From Chloropicon primus (Eukaryota): a DNA stretch of 64,000 nt. Positions 52,365 to 61,300 of this stretch are shown one piece after another. The translations under genes and the position numbers were made by a program. The stretch is taken from the NCBI GenBank assembly GCA_023205875.1, contig CP060754.1, forward strand, positions 310,001 through 374,000, written 5' to 3'. The notes under the pieces were generated by a model. It was not told the origin of the DNA and ran no database searches. It saw nothing but the letters and a program-made list of their open reading frames with translations. Positions within the stretch are counted from its first letter, which is position 1; the number at the start of each line of letters is the position of its first letter.

Positions 52365-55300
52365 TTACAAATCCACGTGGTAGTTGTACAGGTTGTTGTG
52401 GAACTCGCCCTTTCCGTGGCCTCCAAAGAGAGCTATTTTATCAGTGCCAAAAGAAGCGCCCGCAGAGTCGTACCTCTGCAGCCCTGCCTCGTTGTCAGAA
52501 GGCAAAATCAAGGCCGTCCATGCTTTCTTTTCGGCGTCAAAGACGTAAGCGTCGCCCAACTCGGTGCCCATGTCCGCCCCGCCAGCCCCGCCAACGACGA
52601 CAATGTGGCTACCGAAAGCAACACCGACACCGCTGTGCCTCTCTGGAGGAAGGACCGATGGGAACGATATGGCATCGCTAGGGTCCATGACGTAACTCTC
52701 CCCGAAGTTAGTCCTGCGAGGACCAACCAAAGTCCATTTGGAGGACTTGAAGTCAAAGGACCACAGCTCCGTGGTCAGCTTCTCGCTGTCGTGCAAGTAT
52801 CCACCGTAGATGTACATCTTGTCCCCAGACACCACAGCTACGTGGCCAAACCGAGGACCCATGCCCTCAGAGGTTGGCATAACATTCCAAGTCTGAAGCT
52901 TGAAGTCGTACTTCCAGAAGTCACCCTGTGGGTCCGGCGATCTCCCTCCATAAATGTACATGCAGTCCTCGTGCACGACTGCGCTGTGATCGTATCGGCC
53001 CAAGGAAGAGCTCATGTTCTTCACGGGAATGAAGCTCCAGGCGTCCGCAGCAAAGTCGTACTTCCACAGATCGCTATAGAAGTAGGCTGACCTCTCTCCT
53101 CCGAAGATGTACATGCTGTCGCCATAGACCACGGAGGCGTGAGCTTGACGCTTTGGTGGGGGACTGCTGAGTCCAACCGACTCCCAACCGGCGTCAGGGC
53201 TGTACGAAACGGCGTCTTCTCCGCCCATCTGGACAGACACGGCTGGATCGTAGGAGGTTGCGATGATGGTATCATAGTAACCCACGGAACCCTTGGAGCT
53301 TCCAGCAGCGGTGGTGCCTCTGATGAAAATCTTGTCAAGATCTGTCGCTGCGGTTTCCGCGGTGAGCTGCCCATCCACATACATCTTCAGGTTGGTGTCA
53401 TCATCCACGAGGTAGAATTCGTTAAACCCGAATTTCCTGGACGAGGCGCCTGCCTTCCAAGGCGAGGAGTACGCGTACTTGCTTGGGTTGGACGAAGAGT
53501 AGACGCCAATGGCGCTTCCTGCGCTTGACTCGACCTTCGAACCACCGAGGGCAGTGCATGCCTCGAAGTCGGGGGACAAGAAGTGGATTCCCTCGCAAAG
53601 GGTGTCGAAGAAGTAGTACTTCAGCCTGAACTTCGTGAGGTTACTGGTAACCGTCTTGATCGACCCTCCGATCGTGTTCTCTGCGTCGACCTTCAAGGAC
53701 TTTGATCCAGTCACGGAAACGTCAGAGGAGGTTGTGAATCCAGAGATGTCACCGGCCGTGGCACAAGTATCGGTCTCCAGAGTGAATGTTTCCGGCAGGG
53801 TGTCTCCCTCAAAGTCTTCGAAATACTCGAACATGCTTGTGCTTGGAGTCGAGGACTTCTTGTGGTTTCCATAGTACATGTAGAATTCATCCTGAGCGGA
53901 CGTCAGAGATACGTAAATAGTCGTGCTTGTCGTGCCGCAGCCGGAGACACCACTTGGAGCCATGAAGTACTGAAGCTCGCTGCCTTCCTTGGAGTGGAAG
54001 AGAACGTCGCTGCAATCGGGCTTGAGCTTTCCGTCTTGGATCATTCCGTGCGTGTCCAGGTCAAATTCAACGATGTAATCGGTCGTCTTGCCTGTCACCT
54101 TGATGGTTCTCCTGTATTTCCAGTCATCGTCGGCATTCGTGCTCTTCCACTTCCACGTGTCACCGGCGTAACTACCCTGGTGGGTTGCGCCACCAAAGAC
54201 GTAAAGATCTCCGTTAGAAGGACGGGACTCCATGCTGTGCTCAAAACGCGTCACAGGCTTGTTGCCGTACGTGATAGCTTCCCTCAAAGCTGGCTTGGCC
54301 ACATTTATGACGGTAGGGAAGCCCTCCATGATAGCTTCGTCGACGTACAAGGCGAGGTAGTAAGATCCCGCAGAAGGATAGGTAACCGTGAACTTGTAGG
54401 TTTGCCCGGCTTCCTTCTCCACAGACACCTTTGCTGCATATGCCTGTCCATTCAAATCAGTGGCACTGTACTGGAAGCTGGAGGAGTAGTCCTTCGTTCC
54501 CACCATTGGGTTCCCGAAGGCATCCTTGGGCTCCACAACAATGGTCGTCGGAACTCCAGCCTCGGCCGCAGTCAGGTGTCCAGAGACAGCAGACTCCTTG
54601 GCCGAGATTGCGCCTGGAGCAATCGCGATGGTCGAGTCCACAAAGGTCGAGGCCCCTGAAGTGATCTTCAACTGGCCATCACCGGCATGTGAAGGAGTGT
54701 AAGAGAACATGTAAACGTCTCCAAACCTACCGCAAGGCTCGCCGTCGCCAGAGAAAGTACTGGTCACTGGCAGAGCAGCTGGCGTTGTCACGGCAATGTG
54801 TCCACACTCGGCTGCCACGGACGTGTCCAAGTAACCAGCGAACGAGATTTGGGAGGTCAGCGCAAGGTCTGCTGGAGGAGCGTATCCTGGGTATCCGCAT
54901 ACATCGCTGACGGTCGCGGCAAACACCTTGGTCTCTCCAGCCACTGCAGAACCCATGCTCCATGCGGAGCAATCCCCGCTAGTCTTGAGAGCTGCAGGCA
55001 ACTTGCCTTGAATGCTTGCGCTGTAGGGGCACTCTGGGGTGTCCAGCTTGAACTTTCCAACATTAGTCGGCGCAGTGTCAGTGGACCAACCCGATGTGGA
55101 GGACGAGGAGCAAACCGCATTCACGGCAAGGGAGCGGGCCCTTCCCTTGCAGATGTTCCCGAAGACTGCCGTAGACGCGGTCACGGCGCACGATTCCTTG
55201 TTCAAGCAAGCGGCCTCAACAACAGAGTTAGATGTCGAGGAGACGCAATCAGCCTGGTAGTTGCCGCAGCCTCCTTCGTTCTCACCAAAGTTGGCGTACA

Positions 55301-58300
55301 AGATCTCAGTGATCTTTGTCCCAGTAGGGCACTTGAGGGAGATCGCCTTGTTCTCGGTCGCCTTGTCGCAAACGAGACCAATAACGCCATCGTTGTTGTG
55401 CTTGGAGGAGTCCTTCGTGAGGTGACTGTAACCTTCGTTGAACCTGTAGTAGGCGACGAGGTGGTCATCCACAGCCTTGACGTTCTGAGGGCAGAGCGAA
55501 GTACCCTGAGGGTCAGCAAGGACAGCGGAGTGGATCATAACGTTGTCAATGAGTCCCTTGAAGTACTTTCCAACATGCACGGCCTGAGAGGAACGCTTCT
55601 GGTACTTTGGCTCCTCATCGTCGAAGCTTTTCGTGGCAAGCAAGGTTCCGTCCATGAAGAGCTGGAACTTTGTGCCGTCGTACGTCACACTCAGATGAGC
55701 CCAGGAAGAGGCAGAAAGTGTTACCTCAGACTTTGCGATCCTGAACGTCTCAGAGCCAACGTAAACACCTGCTTCGAGGTTGTACTTCTCTCCGCTGATC
55801 GCGAGAAGAGCGAACCAATACCCCTTTCCGGAGTGTTCCGACTGCTTTGACACAATGTACTCCTTTGCGTAACCTGACGTTCCCGTCTTCTTGACGAAAG
55901 CAGAGATGGTGAAGGAATCGGTGAGGTCCAACTCGTCAGAGTCCGCAAAGGTCGCGTACGTCGAGTCTCCCGAAAGAGACAGCGAAGACCCCTCCTTCAC
56001 GTCAACGCAGAACTTGCAGTCGCCTCCAGTCGCAGGCTTGCCGAGCGAACAGTACTCCGTGGAAGACTGAGATCCCCCCTTGCAGGTGTATCCGCCGTAC
56101 TGGCATACGGAAAAGTTCGAGGCGGTGACCCCCATCCTGTACTGGCCCGTCACCGGAGCGTTGTACGTCACAGAGTAAGTGCCGTCCATGTTATCCGTCG
56201 TGGATCCAGCAAAAGGCACTGGGCCCTCGAAGCTGACTTGTGGCTCGTCCAAATCACACCCGGAAGTTCTCAGGTTTCCGTACTTGTCGACAGTTTGGAG
56301 AGTATAGGTAACAGGGACGCCCGCAAAGGATGTCTCAGTTTCCTTGATTCCAAGAAGATCAGTGTCGTCAAAGATGTAAGACGCAGGGCCCGTGATGAAT
56401 GGCTGCACGTAGGTCTTGTACCCGCCCGACTGGATGTCAACACCGTTCAGCTTCGCGTAAACCTTGTAGTATCCCGCATCCTGCAAAGTGATGTTCGCCA
56501 GGTAGGATCCGTCGCCAAGATCAGTGATTCCGTCACCGACGTTCAGAATCTTCATTTCCGTGTGGACATGGAGGGGTCCGATAATCTCGATGGTGAATCC
56601 GTCGCCTCCAGACTTCATCTTCGAGCCGCACTTATCGTGTGCCGCAATCGTGACAAGGCCACACTGTCCAGCGATCATTCTAGTCAATGCGGTCCCGATA
56701 ACCTTAGTTGTCGCACTCGAGGCTTTGTAGTGCCCACAGACGTTTGGGACCCAAGCCGGCTTCACGAGGGTAGCATCCAAGAAATGGTCGGAAGCGACGT
56801 TGTCGGCGTAAGTACCCGTGCCCTCGTTCAGGGAAAGATACACGCTAAGATCAGAGTCGGTCCTTGGCAAGCACTCGGTGATGGGCTTCATCTCTGCGGT
56901 GGTCGCAACGGCCTTGTTGTAGACAGCGAAATCGTACAAAAGTCCACTGAATCCGCCACCCACAACGAAGTCACCGTCGGTTGGCACAATCATGGCCTCC
57001 CTGCTGAAGACTTTTTGCTCCGTGAGGACACCGTTCACAAAGAAGGACATCGTCTTTCCGTCATAGGAAACGGCAACGTGTTGCCACTCGTCCTTGAGAA
57101 CGAGAGATTTCAAGGACTTGTGCTCGCGGTAGATGCAAACCCCACTACAAGCACAGTCTGTTGACGGCTCCACGACGTTGAAGCTTGCGGACAAGCTTCC
57201 GTCGTTCACGCTGAAGTCAATCGCGTCGTCCTGGGAGGAGATGGACAACAGGCCAGACACCTTGTCGGGCTTGATCCAAGCTCCAATGGTGATTGGTCCT
57301 GTTCCTGCCCTGAGATTTTCTGACGGAATGACCTGCCTTGGCACGGCACTGCCACTGGAAGAGTATTCCAACTTGAGAGAGGCGTCTCCTGACTTGTCGG
57401 TGTACAAGATCTCAATCGCGTGCCAGCCCGCAGACAAGTCCATGGTGCCACTCAAGGCTCTCGCAGTGCCAGCATAGTCAGGGTCCTGGATAACAACGCT
57501 GTCAGCGACAGAGAGCGTGACACCATCGTCAGCCGTGACGTAGAAGGTGTAAAGAGAATCTACGGGGGCGTAAACGTAGCCAGAAGCGTTGAAGGACCAG
57601 ATCTCGTCATTGAAGTTGTTGGTTCCCCAGGTCAAATCGATCTTGCTGGCGATGTAGTTGTAATCCTTCGCACCGCCGTAGACTTGTGCAAGCAGGCCCT
57701 TTGCTCCCGCGGGAGTACCGCCTGAAGAGAAAGGAACGGTGACGGTAGTCTCCGAAGCTTCACCGAGGGACAGAGCATAGCCATCGGTATCGTAGAGCAT
57801 GACCACTTCGGTCTCACTGAGCTCTCTGTCGTAGATCCAAACGTCGTCCACGACAATCTTTTGACGCCCGCTGATCTTTCCGGTGTCAAAGAATTCCGTG
57901 ATCACGTTAGAGTAAGCGGAAGCACCGTTCACAAGGACGCCATTCACGTAAGTCTTTTCCTTGGTTCCTGCGACAAACTTCCATGCGTTTGGAACAACTT
58001 CAGCGTGTGACTTTCCAGACTCGGCAAGGCAGCCAGGGTACCCGATGGTGTCCTCGAACACCTCCTGGGCAGAGCAAGTCGTGGGGAAATCCTCTTCCCC
58101 GAACATGACCCACATGGCCAAGAATTTAGAAGACGCGGAGCAGGCCTGCATGTCGAGGGAGGCGCTGTTAGAGAGCTCGTACGCGGCCTTTTCGATCCCA
58201 TTCCTGTTGTTTGTCTGCGTGACGTTGCCGCTGGTAGCGGCGTCGTTTCCGTTGCCAGACACATCCTTCAAGCCACCCGCGAGTGGGAACCAGCAGGTGA

Positions 58301-61300
58301 GACCACTATGGACGTCGTCCACGCTGAGCGTCTTGGAGAACTTGTTCTCGTAGGTGTAGGACGTTGCGTAGGGCTGGGCAGGCGACGAGCACTTGTAGTC
58401 ATCGTGCTGCTGGACCGTCAAAGGCTTCGTGACGTACTGGCCGTGGGAGATCGTGTCGTTTCCACTTGAGGTGGCCAGAGTCACTTCAATGAGCATGTCG
58501 CTCACGTACTTGCTGATCACGTTCTGCTCGGTTGATGACTCAAAGTACACCTTAGTCTTTTCCGCGAAGTTCACACCCTCAATGGTGATCGTGTTGCCAC
58601 CCCTGAGAGGACCAACCGCGGCACCGGCGTGAGATCCCATGCCAGAGCTGACCTTCGTCACCGCCGATGGGAACCAAGGCAAGCCAGCGTAAGCGTACGA
58701 GGCGTGGGTGTCGTCCGAGCCCACGAAAGAGTGGGCAGTCGTGTCATAGGTCGTCTCCGACGAAGCAGAGAAGGTTCCCTTGACGCTTCCTACAACATCT
58801 GTCGCAAACTTGGCGGATGCCGGGTTGTTGAAGTTGAAGTGAGACACCAGGCTTGGAACCGCATTGAACGTATCATAGCACTTCACAGATGCCATCTCAG
58901 TCTCCGTCAACGCCCTGTCGTAAACACGGACTTCGTCCATGAGTCCGTCAAAGTACTCCTTAGGGTACATGAGGTCGTCCATGTCCATTCCCATCACAAA
59001 GAAGCCAGTGCCATCAGACTTTGGCCTGCAAGTGGTAGAGAAAGAAGCTTTTTTGACCCCGTCCAGATACAGGGAACCCTCGTTGGTGCCCGAGATGGTG
59101 ACCATGACATGGTACCACTTGTTCACGTCCACTTCGAGGTTCTGCCCCTGAGCATCCTTCATGGCGACGTCATAGATACAGTCGTCATAGTAGTAGAAGA
59201 CACCCTTGGCCCCGTCGCTCTTGAACTGCAGCAGACCCGCGTTCAAAACGGAGGAGGGCACCTTGGATCCAAAGGACAGGAGTCCCTGAATTCCAACCTT
59301 GGCCCTTGGATACACCCAAGCACCGAAAGAATACTCGGTTCCCGTCAACTTCTCTGCCACGGCATTGGCCTCGACGTAGTCCTTGGTCAGGTAACGGTCA
59401 GAGCATCGGACCGACGCAGACAGCCACTTGCCCTCCGAAGGACAAGGGTCCCCGAAAACGGAGGTCTTCGCAGGGACAGAGCACGAAGTCTTCCCGAGGC
59501 AATAGTTTTCAACGATGTCCTGGGTAAAGTGAGGGGCTTGGTCGGTATCGGAGTGGCAACCCGCGGCAGTCTCGTAAGTCGAGAAGTCAAACTCGTTGGT
59601 GGATGTGGTTCCATCGCAGTTCGTAACGCCCTCGTTGTTTCCCTTGGTTGGCCTTCCGAAGCTAGCGAACTCAACCATGTCAATTCTCAAACCAGATGGG
59701 CAAGTCATGGTCAGGGTCTGGTCCTCGTCCGCGCTTCCGCCGACGACCTTGGAGGACTTCACGACATCCCCCTCGAAATCCAGAACCGAGTCCCTGTAAG
59801 TGATCTCTGCACTGCCGAGCGCTGTTGGGTTTCCAGCCTGCATCGTGGCCATGCCAGGCATATCCGTGGAGGGAAGAGGACAGGTCACAGACGTTCCGCT
59901 AACGTAAGTAGCGGCCGTGGTGACTGTGGTCGTCCCCTTGCTGCTCGGCATGGCAAAGACGCATTGCAAGGACTTTGTCTTTGCGACATTGAAGCCAGTC
60001 ACGGTAGCGATCTTCGAGTCGCTCGTCAACGCGCTTTCCTTCACGTCCACCTCCTTCAGCGTCAGTGGCTCCCAAGGTGCCTCGATGAGGGACACCTTCG
60101 CGCCCTTGATGTAAGCCGCCTTGAAACTGTTTGCCTTGGAAGCCTCTGGAACACTGGTGACAGCAGGCTCCACGGTATACTTTCCGCTCGAATCCCCGGT
60201 ATTGGCGTTGAATCTGTAGTAAGCAAAGACGTCACTAAGAGCTTGCCCGGTCAACCTGGATGTCCAGTCGCTGCTGTAGTTCGGTGTCGCAAAGATACGG
60301 ACTTCGTCCACAAACCCGTTGAAGGATCTGCCCAAGGTGACCGCGCTGCCCTCGCACTCCATACCACCGACGAAAAACCTTCCGCCGGCAACGGGAAGAC
60401 CAGGAACTCTGATGTCTCCTGCCAGCTTGGCTCCGTCAACGGCAAGCGAGGCCTTCATTGTGATTCCCTTTGCCAAGCCCGTGTCAGGATAGACGAGATC
60501 AGAGGCGACCTCCGTCACCATTTCACGTGGCTCCACAGAAATCTCAAAGTAGTGCCACTCGTCGACCGTCACCGTGGTGCCAACCTTGGTCACGTTGCTG
60601 AAGTCAAGGTCACCGTACGGGGTGTCTGGCAAGTCACTCTGGAGGTACACTTGTCCATTCTGGTACATGGCGCAGATCTGGCTCTTGGTCGAGGTCGTCA
60701 AGTCGCAAGCTTCCGCAAAGCAAGCAAGGACTCCCTCGGAACCTGTCATGAGCGATGCTGGATAGAACCAAGCTCCAAAGGTAACGCCCGTGTTGTTCAG
60801 GCCCGAGGAGATGTTGTCGATGTAAACGTAGTCGTTCGAGGCAGAGAAGCTCATAGCAGCTTCCTTTGCTTCCACAGGAGTCGGGACTGCCAAGAAGGAC
60901 GGGGTGATGCTGCAAGATGGCAGAGCATGGTTAGAAACTGCGAGCGAGTACTCTGCTGGGTTGGCAAAACCAGTTGACTTGCACGCAATCTCGTCGTAGT
61001 TCTTGAAGACCGCGTCGATCACCTCATCGTCCTGTTTGCATTTGAGGAAAGCTGACGGGGCAAAACCAAATCCGTAGACGGTGACATCGTCGTAGCCATC
61101 AAAAGGAATGTTCTGGTCCCTCAAATAGTCGTAATACTCCCCGCACGTGCTTGGGGAAGGCAGGGGGTAAGAGAAGGCGGAGTTCGGTCCGAAACCAAGG
61201 TTTTGGGACTGGAACTGCAGCCTCGCATTCGTATCGTACCCAATTGTCGTCGAAGCACACGTGCTCGTGATTGGCCTCTTGGCAGAGAAGGACGGAGCAA

